NCBI GenBank assembly: GCA_964016885.1
Contig: OZ024759.1
Location: 6,758,001 to 6,822,000, forward strand
Length of the DNA: 64,000 bases
Direction of reading: 5' to 3'
From: Eledone cirrhosa
Taxonomy: Eukaryota
The notes below the pieces were generated by a model. It saw only the letters and a program-made list of their open reading frames with translations, was not told where the DNA came from and did no database searches. Both the position numbers and the translations under genes were made by a program. Shown piece after piece: positions 1-13,740 of the stretch (positions within the stretch are counted from its first letter, which is position 1; every line of letters starts with the position of its first letter).

Positions 1-11
1 TGATCGCAGAT

Positions 12-848
12 TTGGTACGAGTGATGAAGAATGTGTCCAGCATGTGCGACCCAACAGAAATGGAAGGACACATCCAACACTTCATCAACCGCATGCAGTT
101 CTCTGGCTACAACCAAAGAGACAGAGTCAGAGTATACGAAGGAGCCATGGAAAAGTATAAGACCCTCATAGAACTGGACATGAAAGGAATTTGCCCACTA
201 TACAGGAGCAAATCATGGAATAGCTTAGATAGGGCTAGACATAAGATAGGGAAGGCCACATCATGGTACGACAACCAGAGATATCAGAGTGTCATGTTTG
301 TGGACGCCACCCCTGGAGGGAAATTAGCTAACCAGTGTAGAAAGGCCCTGAGAAAGACCCACTTAAAAATAAAGGTGGTAGAAAAGCCAGGAACCACCAT
401 AAAATCCCTGATCAGCAAAACCTACCCTTTTAAGAAAACCCACTGTACCAATAGGAAATGTATCATATGTAAGGTGAACCCCCGGATAAACTGTAAAACT
501 AGAAACGTAGTCTATAGCATAAGATGTACAGAGGGTACTTGCAGAAACACGACAACAACATACATAGGTGAGACAGCTCGTAGCATAGGTGAAAGGATAG
601 ACCAACACTGGGGGGAACTAAAAGGACGAAAAAACGGGTCAGTACTATACGAACATGCTAGACAACATCATGACGGTAACATAGACAACATAGAAATTAG
701 AATAATATCTAAACATAGGAATGACCCAGCAGATAGGCAAATCAGAGAGGCCAGTGAAATAGAAATTAGAAGACCAAAGCTAAACAGAAAGAATGAGTGG
801 AACAACAACAACACCCAAACAAACAACACTGACCTAAGAGAAGTATAA
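12..848 (+). CDS. Penelope-like retroelement (family P1) ORF, C-terminal part: RT thumb, Cys-rich linker, GIY-YIG endonuclease; 5' part lies outside the window
   Basis: Motifs MQFSGY, FVDATPGG, C-x4-C-x2-C linker, NVVYSIRC...TYIGETARSIGERIDQH, RQIREA..I...PKLN, which match the GIY-YIG endonuclease of PLEs. Confidence 0.9.
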   Translation: MVRVMKNVSSMCDPTEMEGHIQHFINRMQFSGYNQRDRVRVYEGAMEKYKTLIELDMKGICPLYRSKSWNSLDRARHKIGKATSWYDNQRYQSVMFVDATPGGKLANQCRKALRKTHLKIKVVEKPGTTIKSLISKTYPFKKTHCTNRKCIICKVNPRINCKTRNVVYSIRCTEGTCRNTTTTYIGETARSIGERIDQHWGELKGRKNGSVLYEHARQHHDGNIDNIEIRIISKHRNDPADRQIREASEIEIRRPKLNRKNEWNNNNTQTNNTDLREV

Positions 849-1365
849 ATAAATAAGTAAATTAAATTAAATAAAATAAGATAAATAAATACATACACAA
901 GCACATAAACACACACTAGTCACCCAGCAGACACAACACTATACACACTAGTCACACATCACACATAACACTATACACACACGCAAACGCATGCGCAAAG
1001 AATAAAATAAGATAAACAAACAAGCAAATAAATAAATAAATAAATATATAGACAGACTGAACAAAAAAAATGGCGTAGACATACAACACAACAGGAGGAA
1101 CAATGAATATAACACCACTGACGATGTTGCAGATGTGCAACGAAAGATTTATGTAAACTATATATATATGTGTTTGTCTATATTGTATCTGTATTATTTT
1201 TGACCGCCGGTCAGTCAATGGCAACATTGAGGACCGAGTAAGTTAGATCGCAGATATATATATATAAAAGACAGCGAGAAGCGAAAACCAACCAAACAGT
1301 GAGTGTGTTCTGTTATTAATTCTGGCAATATTACGCAAATATGACCCTCCCCAAATATAACAATA
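849..1365 (+). mobile_element. 3' pseudo-LTR/UTR of PLE P1, ending in (TA)n
   Basis: Near-identical sequence at 31100-31589, 29484-30030 (inverted), 11243-11915 and 7067-7285. Confidence 0.85.
1114..1154 (+). ncRNA. Minimal type I hammerhead ribozyme in the P1 pLTR
   Basis: CTGACGA-T-GTTGCA-gatg-TGCAAC-GAAA; stems I and III are very short and imperfect in this copy. Confidence 0.7.
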
Positions 1366-1879
<514 letters not shown>

Positions 1880-1991
1880 CGAAGGAAATGTGGTAAGGAA
1901 CCAGATGGACCATAACGCACCTAAGTACTCAATACTTAGGGGAGTAGAGTGGGTAATAGGAACGAGTAGGTCCACTCATTATTTAGAAGAA

Positions 1992-2183
1992 AAGGGCGGT
2001 GGATTGGCAGTATCGGTAGATGGTCGGATGCCATGCTTTCCAACATAGAGTTACGTCCCTTTACGGTCTGAGTTCAAATCCCACCAGGTTAACTTTGCCT
2101 TTCATCGTTACGGGGTCGATAAAATAAAGTACCAGTAATACACTGGTGTAATTTTTGGCCTTGTGCCAAAAGTAGAAACAGTT
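1992..2183 (+). mobile_element. tRNA-derived SINE (about 190 bp)
   Basis: A-box-like TGGCAGTATCGG, B-box GAGTTCAAATC, body GGGGTCGATAAAATAAAGTACCAG, tail GGCCTTGTGCC..AAGTAGAAACA; many copies in the window. Confidence 0.85.
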
Positions 2184-2404
2184 ATCTAGAAGAAAATATT
2201 GTACAACAAAATTTATTCTTATCCTTACAAGGTCACATTGTTTCCCCAAGTCTACTTTCAGGCTACTTGCTTTCCGTTTGAGGGCCTTCTCTCAGTTGAG
2301 GACCTTGATTAAGGACCTTGGCACCTTATCTCTGTCCTACTTGCTGTTGTCCTCGGTAACCAAATACCAGACACACTAAATTGAAGTCTCGTCAACGTCA
2401 TTAT

Positions 2405-2848
2405 CCCCCCCCCAACCACCACCACCAACAATTCCACCACCACCATCAACTCCACCACCACCACCACCACCACCACCATCACCACCACCACCACCACCAC
2501 CATCACCACCATCACCACCACCACCACCACCATCACCACCACCAACTCCACCACCAACACCACCATCACCACCACCACCACCACCACCATCACCACCACC
2601 AACCACCAACACCACCATCACCACCAACACCACCACCAACACCACCATCACCACCAACTCCACCACCACCACCACCAACACCACCATCACCACCATCACC
2701 ACCAACTCCACCACCACCACCACCAACAACAACACCACCATCACGACCAACACCACCACCAACACCACCATCACCACCAACACCACCACCACCACCATCA
2801 CCACCACCAACTCCACCACCAACACCACCACCACCACCAACTCCACCA
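2405..2848. repeat. (CCA)n/(CAC)n degenerate microsatellite
   Basis: Direct reading. Confidence 0.95.
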
Positions 2849-2974
2849 TGTCATATCGTTAAAATGATTTAACAGAAAAAGAAAAAGCTTTTTCTTCTTC
2901 AGATTGACGTTTCTCTGAGTCGGCAGTTCCCACACGGAGGAGGGGGAGGGGGGTATTGAACTGGGGGGTAGTGA

Positions 2975-3065
2975 GAGGGGGAAGAGGAGAGAGGGAGAGA
3001 GAGGGAGATAGAGAGTGAGAGAGAGAGAGATTGACAGAGAGAATGAGAGAGAGACAGAGAGAGAG

Positions 3066-3115
<50 letters not shown>

Positions 3116-3210
3116 TGAGTGAGAGAAAGAGAGAGAGAGAGACAAAGAGAGAGAGAGAGTGAGTGAGAGAGAGAGAGAGAGAGAGAGTGACAAAGAGAGA
3201 GAGAGTGAGT

Positions 3211-3255
<45 letters not shown>

Positions 3256-3314
3256 TGAGTGAGAGAGAGAGTAAGTGAGAGAGAGAGAGAGAGAGAGTGA
3301 CAAAGAGAGAGAGA

Positions 3315-3372
<58 letters not shown>
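2975..3372. repeat. (GA)n microsatellite
   Basis: Direct reading. Confidence 0.95.
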
Positions 3373-3374
<2 letters not shown>

Positions 3375-3479
3375 CAGCTTCAAAAAAGCCACCGCAGCCA
3401 CATTTTTGCAGATTCAACAGTTGAGAAGTTAAAGTCAATTTCAAGAATTTGGGTCGTCACTTCCATTCTTTAGTTATAG

Positions 3480-4672
3480 TGGTGGGGGTAGGTGGGGTGT
3501 AGCTGGTGGTGGTGGTGGTGGTGGTGGTGGTGGTGGTGGTGGTGGTGGTGTAGTGTTGTGGTGGTGGTGGTGGTGGTGGTGGTGGTGGTGGTGGTGGTGG
3601 TGTAGTGTTGTGGTGGTGGTGGTGGTGGTGGTGGTGGTGGTGGTGGTGGTGTAGTGTTGTGGTGGTGGTGGTGGTGGTGGTGGTGGTGGTGTAGTGTTGT
3701 GGTGGTGGTGGTGGTGGTGGTGGTGTAGTGTTGTGGTGGTGGTGGTGGTGTAGCTGGTGGTGGTGGTGGTGGTGGTGGTGGTGGTGGTGGTGGTGGTGGT
3801 GTAGTGTTGTGGTGGTGGTGGTGGTGGTGGTGGTGGTGGTGGTGGTGGTGGTGTAGTGTTGTGGTGGTGGTGGTGGTGGTGGTGGTGGTGGTGGTGGTGG
3901 TGTAGTGTTGTGGTGGTGGTGGTGGTGGTGGTGGTGGTGGTGTAGTGTTGTGGTGGTGGTGGTGGTGGTGGTGGTGTAGTGTTGTGGTGGTGGTGGTGGT
4001 GTAGCTGGTGGTGGTGGTGGTGGTGGTGGTGGTGGTGTAGTGTTGTGGTGGTGGTGGTGGTGGTGGTGTAGTGTTGTGGTGGTGGTGGTGGTGGTGGTGG
4101 TGGTGGTGTAGTGTTGTGGTGGTGGTGGTGGTGGTGGTGGTGTAGTGTTGTTGTGGTGGTGGTGGTGGTGGTGGTGGTGGTGGTGGTGTAGCTGGTGGTG
4201 GTGGTGGTGGTGGTGGTGGTGGTGTAGTGTTGTGGTGGTGGTGGTGGTGGTGGTGGTGGTGTAGTGTTGTGGTGGTGGTGGTGGTGGTGGTGGTGGTGGT
4301 GGTGTAGTGTTGTGGTGGTTGTGGTGGTGGTGGTGTTAGTGGTGGTGGTGATGGTGGTGTAGTGTTGTGGTGGTTGTGTTAGTAGTGGTGGTGGGGGAGG
4401 GGGTCGTGGTGGTGGTGGTGGTGGTGGTGGTGTTAGTGGTGGTGGTGGTGGTGGTCGTGGTGGCGTTAGTGGTGGTGGTGATGGTGTAGTGGTTGTGGTA
4501 GTGGTAGTGGTGGTGGTGGTGGGATGTGGGTAGCTGGTGGTGGTAGGTGGTGGTAGTGGCGGTGGTGGTGGTGGTGTAAGTGGTGGCGGTGGGGGTGGGG
4601 TTGGGGGTTGGGGGTTAGTGGTCGTCGTGGTGATGGTGTAGTGGTGGTGGTAGTGGTGGTGGTGGTGGTGAT
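3480..4672. repeat. (GGT)n compound satellite punctuated by GTAGTGTT
   Basis: Direct reading; same type as the reverse complement of 58250-60930. Confidence 0.95.
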
Positions 4673-4810
4673 GACAGTTGAGAAGGAGAGATTAAAGGAA
4701 AACTATCATTTGAGTACCATCCCCCCCCCACACACACATATATATATATATGTGTGTCTGTGTGCCTGTGTGTGTACAAACACACACAGGCACAGACATA
4801 TATATATATA

Positions 4811-4871
<61 letters not shown>

Positions 4872-4875
<4 letters not shown>

Positions 4876-5042
4876 TCATCATTTTACGTCCGCTTTTCCC
4901 CGCTTCCAAGGGTGGGACGGGTCCTATTCAGCACATCATCTCTCCGCCCGTTTTTCGTGGTCTACCTCTACTGCGTCTTCCCTCTACAGGGACTCCTGGC
5001 ACTTCTTAACCCATCGGTCATCCTCCATGCGCATCACATGTC
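4872..5042 (-). mobile_element. RTE-type LINE 3' end fragment
   Basis: Minus strand encodes [10 protein letters not shown] and GKTQ*R*TTK (degenerate GxRxRGRP), and ends in a (GAT)n tail. Confidence 0.6.
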
Positions 5043-5208
5043 CGGATGAGGGCCTTATGATAACATATGGTTTCATATATTTTCAACAGTAAAACTATAC
5101 TATACTATATGTATTCTACAGTCATACTATACAACACAGACGGCTTATCGTCTGTTTATCCAAGCGAAGCTAGGTACGTCAGCTATATATATATATGTGT
5201 GTGTGTAC

Positions 5209-5279
<71 letters not shown>

Positions 5280-5405
5280 GTAGGAGGTGAGTTTTATTGT
5301 AGTACAATAAAGCAATGCAGATATCGGATAAGTAGCACTCTACAGTTTGTAGGACTGGAGTATAAATAATATATAAGATCAAAAGATGGTTAAAAGAGTT
5401 CCATG

Positions 5406-5476
5406 TATTTTATTATGCGCATTTCAAAAACAAATATCATCATGCAATAACATTTGCGTTTTCGTCAGATAAAATA
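5406..5476 (-). ncRNA. Minimal type I hammerhead ribozyme in the P2 3' end
   Basis: Minus strand: TATTTTAT-CTGACGA-stem II-GAAA-TGCGCA-TA-ATAAAATA; 8-bp stem I, palindromic stem III. Confidence 0.85.
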
Positions 5477-6419
5477 GGGAGACATGATATGAAGGTTAAA
5501 ACACACTTGTGAATAGTGCAGTTTTAAATCAACATATGAAAAGTAGTTTTAGATTGATATGTGATATTGGGGAAAAACATTTTTTGAGGGGGTGGGGGTG
5601 GAAAGGATGAAAAAGAGGAGGAGATGAGAGTAAAAAGTGGAGGGGGAGGAGTATAATGAGGAAGGATGAGATAGGAGGAGAGATGGCTGATAGAGAGAGA
5701 GAGATAGCTTTTATAACTGAGAAAAATATATTGTTTTACATAGAGAGGTTGAAAAACCGTTGGAAGATAATATATAAATTAAAAGAATTTGAAAATTAAC
5801 GAAGAGAAAAATAATGTTAAGTTAAGGTTTGTATATTGAGGGGTTTAATAACATGTGCGATGAAAAGAAATTGTTAATATGTATTAAGAATAATATTTAA
5901 GGGTTTAATAATATGTGCGATGGAGAGAAATGGTTGATATGTATTATTAAAAAAATATAAAAAAATAGCAAAAGTAATGTAAGTAAGGATATATTGTGAA
6001 AGAAGTAGAAGATTGGATGTATAAGTTAGATGAGCATGAAAGGGAGAAAAAAATAATGAATTGAGGATGAATAATCTAACGTCAAAAAAATGTTTATGTT
6101 TACGAAGGATACATTGTGCTGTGTAATAATTGTTTCTACGTTAGGCACAATGATAATTGAGAAGTATCTAGGAAGAAAAGGTACAGATTAGGGGTTAGAA
6201 ATTAAAAGAAAAAGAAAAAAAGAAAAGAAAAAAGGAAAAAAGAAAGAAAGGGAAGTGATAAATAGGAGTGATATAGAATGAGTAACTAGTATTATATAAT
6301 GTATAATAAATAACATTGAAGTAAGGTAGAAAGATGGGTAGAAAGATGGGTTTTTAAAGAAATATATATGTATATATATATGTGTGCCTTTGAGAAAAGG
6401 ATTTTAAATTGATAAAGTA

Positions 6420-7066
6420 TTAGATATTAGCTGTATACTTTATGGAATGTTCTGTGGAATTTATGTGGAATTTATGCAAGCAGAGAGAAAACAAGTCAGT
6501 GCGTCTATTTATTATAGAATCTAAATTAGATATAATGGTAAATTTTTCACATAAACAGAGATTGCATGTCTTGGATAGAGAACTGTTCAAGTATAAAGAA
6601 GCAGAACAAACCTTTTTCCAAGAGATGTTATAGTTAATATTTTTGTCTTTCAAGGACCATATGAGTTCTGAGAGTGCCGTGTTGGTTCTTTAAAAGTTGG
6701 TATTTAAAAGACGAATGGTGATTATAAAGACGAGCTTTAAAGGAGGTGGAAGTGGAGCCATAATAGGAAAAGGAATTGGTGTCAGTTATAACTTTACATT
6801 CGTAGATTAAGTTTTTTTCAAGACAATGGTTGTTGAGAGGACATTTATTTTTAACAGGGCAATTGCAATTGCGATTAGAGAGATTAACAGAGTTATTAAC
6901 AAGTGACCTAGTGTTATCTATAGAAGGGATTGGATTGGAGAAGTTATTTACGATAGGAATAATAGTTTCTTGATTTAGAATGGGATTAAGAACATTTAGC
7001 GAAGTTGCGTTTGACATTGTATTTGGGTTTTCAGAAATTAGCCTAGAGTTTACAATGACGTCAACG
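6420..7066 (-). pseudogene. Frameshifted GIY-YIG endonuclease of PLE P2
   Basis: CNCPVKNKCPLNNHCLEKNLIYECKV...YYGSTSTSFKARLYNH, then after a frameshift near 6660 WKKV...CNLCLCEKFTI...INRRTDL..C.HK. Confidence 0.85.
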
Positions 7067-7277
7067 TGCAACGAAAGAACTTTGATAGACTATATATATG
7101 TGTTTGTGTCTATATTGTATCTGTATTTTTGACCGTTGGTCAGTCAATGGCAACATTGAGGACCGAATAAATTAGATTACCGATATAAAAGACACAGAAG
7201 CGAAAACCAACCAAACAGTGAGTGTGTTCTGTTATAAATTCTGGCAATATTACACAAATATGACCCTCCCCAAGTAT

Positions 7278-7285
<8 letters not shown>
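7067..7285 (+). mobile_element. Truncated P1 pLTR starting inside hammerhead stem II
   Basis: GTGCAACGAAAGAACTTTG...CCCAAGTATAACAAT matches 31380-31589. Confidence 0.85.
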
Positions 7286-7312
<27 letters not shown>

Positions 7313-7489
7313 GTTTTGTTATCAGGCAAGCTCTTGTGATACAGAGCAAGGAGACTCATCATTTAGCCTTAATTAAATGAATATTAAAACTCTATTTCGG
7401 TATTGAGTACTCCCTTCTTTTAGCCGGCGACTATTCGGATGTTTTCTGTATCTATCCTTTATGATCCTGTATCTACCCGACACGTCGAA

Positions 7490-7985
7490 CCACCCTGACA
7501 GACACACACCCCACCCTGACAGACACCTCCCTACCCTGACAGACCCCCCCCCCACCCTGACAGACACCCCCACCCTGACAGACACCTCCCCACCCTGACT
7601 GACACCTCACCACCCTGACTGACACCTCCCCACCCTGACAGACCCCCCACCCTGACATACACCCCCACCCTGACAGACACCTCCCCACCCTGACTGACAC
7701 CTCCCCATCCCGACGGACCCCCCTGACAGACGCACCCCACCCTGACAGACGCCCCCACACTGGCAGACACCCCCACCCTGACTACCCCACTGACAGACAC
7801 CCCCACCCTGACATACCCCCCTGACATACACCCCCACCCTGACTACCCCACTGACAGACACCCCCACCCTGACATACCCCCCTGACATACACCCCCACCC
7901 TGAAAGACACCACACCACCCTGACGGACGCCACCCCTCCCAGAAGGCCACCCACCCCAAACCTAACAGACACCCCCACCGCATAC
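7490..7985. repeat. 18-20 bp C-rich minisatellite (CCCCACCCTGACAGACAC), possibly inside a non-autonomous Helitron-like element (about 7453-8276)
   Basis: Tandem units; upstream A|TCTATCCTTTAT; GATGAGGGCCTTATGA shared with 5045. Confidence 0.8.
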
Positions 7986-8299
7986 CCTCCAAAGTACTCC
8001 TCAAAAAACAAATAGCATCGGATGAAACAGGTGCCCAGATGAGGGCCTTATGAATTATAACACAGGGTTTCACACTGGTGAAGGGGTGTGAGGGTTAACG
8101 GAAGGGGGAGGTCATCATTCCGGAAACTGGGGGTCACTAACCCTAACTTCAAACCCTTCATTGCCAGATCAAAGGACAACTTTCGGCAGTTGATTTAATA
8201 TATTTTGCAGGACTTCTATATCATGTATTGTTGTTGGCAGAAATACACCGCCCTCCCCTGTCTAATGTCGAGCTATATAAATATATATATATATGGTGG

Positions 8300-8363
<64 letters not shown>

Positions 8364-8469
8364 GGCGCCGTTACACACACACATATATATATATATGTGT
8401 GTGAGTGTGTGTGTGTGTGTGTAACGGCGCCATATATATATATACATACCACCATATATATATATATTA

Positions 8470-8500
<31 letters not shown>

Positions 8501-8551
8501 AAGTGTATATACACACACATATATATATGTGTGTATATATATATACACACG

Positions 8552-8637
<86 letters not shown>

Positions 8638-8828
8638 ACCACATGTTATACACACCACCGTCCATTCAACTAAACATTACAAACCTAAATAATAATCCGC
8701 CATTTACTTTCAACTGTTTTTATTATTTTTCGTTTAACTCTGGAAAAAATAATAATTAATTACTTTTATTGTTTGGATGTTAAACGTGGGCCGCGTCTTC
8801 ACAGCTTCCTGGCTCTTCCTTTCTTTAG

Positions 8829-8879
<51 letters not shown>

Positions 8880-9311
8880 ACCTTCCTTTCTTTCTTTTTT
8901 CCTCTCTTTTTTTTCTTTCTTTCTTTCTTCCTTTCTTTCTTTTTTCTTTCTTTCTTTATTTATTTATTTATCACACACACTCACACACACCTACACATAC
9001 ACTCACACACACACACACTTATACACTCACTCTCACTCACTCACACACACACTCACATATACACTCACACACACACTCTCACTCACTCACACACACTCAC
9101 TCTCACACACTCACACACACACATTCCTTCACACACACACTCATACACACACACTCACACACATACTCTTAAACACACTCACACACACTCTCACACACAC
9201 TCTCACACACACACGCTCACACTCACACCACACGCACACACACACACACATATATATATATATTAACATACGATATTAAACAAATGGAAACTATATTTAT
9301 AAAACCATATT

Positions 9312-9377
9312 TATTTGATTATACATATTTCAGGGATACCATATTAAAAATATGGCATGCCTTCGTCAGATAAAATA
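9312..9377 (-). ncRNA. Minimal type I hammerhead ribozyme
   Basis: Minus strand: TATTTTAT-CTGACGA-AGG-c-ATGCCATATT-ttt-AATATGGTAT-c-CCT-GAAA-TATGTA-TA-ATCAAATA. Confidence 0.8.
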
Positions 9378-9496
9378 CAATATATAAACAGTTTTATAAA
9401 TAATTTTGACGTACCATAATATAAGCAACCATTAAATTATTTCGTTTCTGAATTTGTTTAGCAAGATTCTTTATCTGAAAACGTGTGTTGAAACCG

Positions 9497-10080
<584 letters not shown>

Positions 10081-10190
10081 CACAGTAAATTTTGTGTCTA
10101 AAATTACGAGGGTAGAAAATACCACAAATGTTTTATATATTTAATCTGAAACATACAGTAAGATATACAGACCGTATCAATAACGATTTC

Positions 10191-10280
10191 ATCTCTCGGA
10201 CAGATTAGAGATTTAATCTGTTTCGCCCTGAAAATTGTGTTTGTAACAGATAATCCGTAGGCATTTCGTCAGCGAGAGAT
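10191..10280 (-). ncRNA. Type I hammerhead ribozyme with full stem III
   Basis: Minus strand: ATCTCTCG-CTGACGA-aatGCC...GGC-GAAA-CAGATTA-aatctc-TAATCTG-TC-CGAGAGAT; GUC cleavage triplet; stem II is irregular. Confidence 0.85.
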
Positions 10281-10484
10281 TAGAGTAAATGAAACAAAAC
10301 ACATTTAACAAGAACTCACAGGAGTAAATACATCTGGTGGGTTGTAAGCTATACGTGGTGTGAGTGGTTATGCTAGAAATAATAGCCTTATTACACTCAA
10401 CTTATAAGCTCACCTAGTTAGGGAGCCGAAATACAAATAAAATACAGAGTTATTAACTCATATTGATACCCTGCAATTGAGCAA

Positions 10485-10675
10485 TACGGTGGATTGGCAG
10501 TGTCGGTAGAGGGTCGGACGCCATGCTTTGACGTATAGAGTTACGGCCCTTGCGATTCTGAGTTCAAATCCCGCCGAGGTTAACTTTGGCTTTCATCCTT
10601 ACGAGGTCGATAAAATAAAGTATCAGTAATGTACTGGGTAATTACTGGCCTTGTGCCAAAAGTAGAAACAATTAT
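10485..10675 (+). mobile_element. tRNA SINE, followed by an inverted SINE tail (10680-10741)
   Basis: Same A/B boxes and tail as other copies. Confidence 0.85.
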
Positions 10676-10899
10676 ATACTAATTGTTTCTACTTTAGGCA
10701 CAAGGCCAGCAATTACCCAGTGCATTACTGGTACTTTATTTACAATTATATAATAATATATGTAGAAATAACCACAGTAAATTTTGTGTCTAAAATTACA
10801 TATAATGCTCAGTATTTATACTTTGAGCTTGTTATTGCAGGGTATCTATATGAGTTAATAACTCTGTATTTTATTTGTATATATATATATATATATATA

Positions 10900-11107
10900 T
10901 AGGAAAATGTTCAAGGCCCCGACGGCAGAGCTCAAGCCGTTTCGACGGCTATTTCTGGACCTGAAATAGGTTCAGAAATAGCTGTCGAAACGGCTTGAGC
11001 TCTGCCGTTGGGGAATTGAACATTTTCCTATTACCCACTCTGCTACCCAAAGTATTGAGTACTCTGGTGCGTTATGGTCCACCTGGTTCCTTACCACACT
11101 TCCTTCG

Positions 11108-11110
<3 letters not shown>
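10900..11110 (+). mobile_element. Fold-back element of family H, carrying the 3' half of a hammerhead
   Basis: Palindrome centred near 10965; GTCGAAACGGCTTGAGCTCTGCCGTTGGGG; flanked by (TA)n. Confidence 0.75.
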
Positions 11111-11163
<53 letters not shown>

Positions 11164-11242
11164 ATGGAAGGAAAACAGAAAGGAAAAGGGAAGAAAAGGG
11201 AAAACAGCGGCAAAAACAACAAACCGACCAATGTGCGAGCAA

Positions 11243-11538
11243 CTTGGGGAGGGTCATATTGTTGTAATAATATTGCCAGAAATAATAACTGAACACACTC
11301 ACTGTTTGGTTGGTTTTCGCTTCTGTATCTTTTATATCTCCACAGTTAATTCATTTGGTCCTTAATGTTTATCATTGACTGACCAACGGTTAAAAATACA
11401 GATATAAATATATATATATAGTCTAACAAAGTTCTTTCGTTGCACATCTGTAACATCATCAGTGATACTATTATCACGAACACACACACCAAACATTATA
11501 CACACACGCAAACGCATGCGCAGAGACGGAGACGAAAA

Positions 11539-11585
<47 letters not shown>

Positions 11586-11915
11586 AATAAAAATGTCGTG
11601 AACATTACAATATAACACAATAGGAAGGAACATGATAATAGTACCACTGATGATGTTGCAGATGTGCAACGAAAGAACTTTGTTAGACTATATATATGTG
11701 TTTATATCTGTATTTTTGACCGTTGGTCAGTCAATGATAAACATTGAGGACCAAATGAGTTAACTGTGGAGATATAAAAGGTACAGAAGCGAAAACCAAC
11801 CAAACAGTGAGTGTGTTCTGTTATTATTTCTGGCAATATTATTACAACAATATGACCCTCCCCAAGTATAACAATATTTGTTTCGACACACGATTTCATA
11901 TCAAAACCCTTGCAA
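11243..11915. mobile_element. Non-coding fold-back derivative of the P1 pLTR with two hammerheads (11425-11466 on -, 11643-11684 on +)
   Basis: Inverted arms at about 11243-11470 and 11640-11867; both read CTGATGA-T-GTT(G/A)CA-gatg-TGCAAC-GAAAGAACTTTG. Confidence 0.85.
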
Positions 11916-11938
11916 AACAAAAATATATATATACATAT

Positions 11939-12029
<91 letters not shown>

Positions 12030-12322
12030 TATGATTTATTTTCTTTTGGTCATTTTGGAAGCCTCAACAATGCAGGTGTGTAATTCTCTGGGTAACAAGA
12101 TCCGGTGGTGAAGAGAGAGATGTAAGGGAATGTAGAATGAGATGTATAGTGTGTAGAAGAACGTAGGAAAGAGTGTAAAAAATAAAAATAATAACACGAG
12201 ATAGAGTTACCTTGTGAGAGAGTTAATTGTCCCTATATTTCGGATTCACATCCATCAAGTGGGGTTTTTCCGGGGAAGGGGGATATGTCGGAGAGGAGCG
12301 ATACGTGTCCTCTGCTGTTCGT

Positions 12323-12397
<75 letters not shown>

Positions 12398-12431
12398 TAC
12401 ATATACATAAACATATATATATATATATATA

Positions 12432-12620
12432 TAACGAAGGAAATGTGGTAAGGAACCAGGTGGACCATAACGCACCAAAGTACTCAATACTTGGGGTAGT
12501 AGAGTGGGTAATAGGAACCAGTAAGACCCCGACGGCTGAGCTCAAGCCGTTTCGACGGCTAATTCTGAATTAGCCGTCGAAACGGCTTGAGCTCAGCCGT
12601 CGGGGTCTTACTGGTTCCTA
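12432..12620 (-). mobile_element. Fold-back element of family H
   Basis: Near-perfect palindrome 12511-12620; GAAA-CGGCT-tgagctc-AGCCG-TC-GGGG on both strands. Confidence 0.8.
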
Positions 12621-12734
12621 TATATATATATATATAGTTAAAAGAATAGAGGTGTAATATATATATATATATATATATTATTCAGAATATTAATAAAAGA
12701 TACAGAAGCGAAAACCATTCACATAATCAAAATA

Positions 12735-12800
12735 TGTTTTATTATATATATTTCGAAGGTACTGCGCTGTTTTTTCAGTACGTCCTCGTCAGATAAAATA
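12735..12800 (-). ncRNA. Minimal type I hammerhead ribozyme in a (TA)n-flanked element (about 12677-12955)
   Basis: Minus strand: TATTTTAT-CTGACGA-GGAcGTACTG...CAGTACcTTC-GAAA-TATATA-TA-ATAAAACA; related copy at 32755-33475. Confidence 0.85.
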
Positions 12801-13123
12801 CATGAATTGATGTATGACATACCTCAACGGTCTTGATGGTTCAATTCCAGTATTGGCAATATTAATAACTCCATAAAACTTCATTGTAGAGTGCTTTTAA
12901 TCTATTGTAAAACTATATTCATTGAGTAATCAATGAACCATATTAATCTTTGGTTATATATATATATATATATGTATGCGTGTGTGTGTGTGTGTGTATA
13001 TATGTATATATATATGTATATATATAATCTAAACTATAATAAAGGAAGATCTGCGGGACTGCGTACGTTTTTTTTTTTTTTATCTCGTTTGTAAAATAAG
13101 TTGGATTACTTTGAATAAATAAT

Positions 13124-13400
13124 TGTTTCTACTTTAGGCACAAGGCCAGCAATTACCCAGTGCATTACTGGTACTTTATTTTATCGACCCCGTAAGGATG
13201 AAAGGCAAAGTCAACCTCGGCGGGATTTGAACTCAGATCGTAAAGGGACGTAACTATGCTGGAAAGCATGGCGTCCGACCCTCTACTGATACTGCCAATC
13301 CACCGCCCTAACATGGCGTCTGACCCTCTACCGATACTGCCAATCCACCGCCCTAACATGGCGTCTGACCCTCTACCGATACTGCCAATCCACCACCCTA
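13124..13400 (-). mobile_element. tRNA SINE with 3 tandem 45-bp heads and a 15-bp TSD
   Basis: TSD CTTTGAATAAATAAT at 13109-13123 and 13402-13416. Confidence 0.9.
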
Positions 13401-13740
13401 TCTTTGAATAAATAATGAATGAATATTACATAATTTATCTACTAAATTTCGTAAACATCAATAATTTCGTAAAAGTAAATAATTTCAAATTGACATCTTT
13501 TCAAAGTTGCACTTCCGGTATATCGTCGCCACCACCACCATTGCAACTACCAAATATATAGAAAGAGAGAGTTTGTGATGAGAAAGATAGAGAGATTATG
13601 ATTTTCTACACCTGACGCGTATGATTGTGCACATACATACATCTGTATGTATGAGTATATAACTATTATGAGTATATAACTATAATAGCGCGAACACAAA
13701 CTTATAAAAATACTCTCACGGACATAATTCACACAAACAT

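Larger units (their letters stand above)
5238..7066 (-). mobile_element. 5'-truncated Penelope-like element, family P2
   Basis: GIY-YIG coding fragments followed by a long 3' UTR with a hammerhead near the end; abuts (TA)n. Confidence 0.75.

Noticed and set aside
1992-2090. tRNA gene
   Set aside because: A and B boxes are present, but there is no convincing cloverleaf and the sequence continues into a repeated SINE body
2309-3444. Poly-His/Pro/Gly/Ser-Leu ORFs
   Set aside because: (CCA)n and (GA)n repeats with no supporting gene structure
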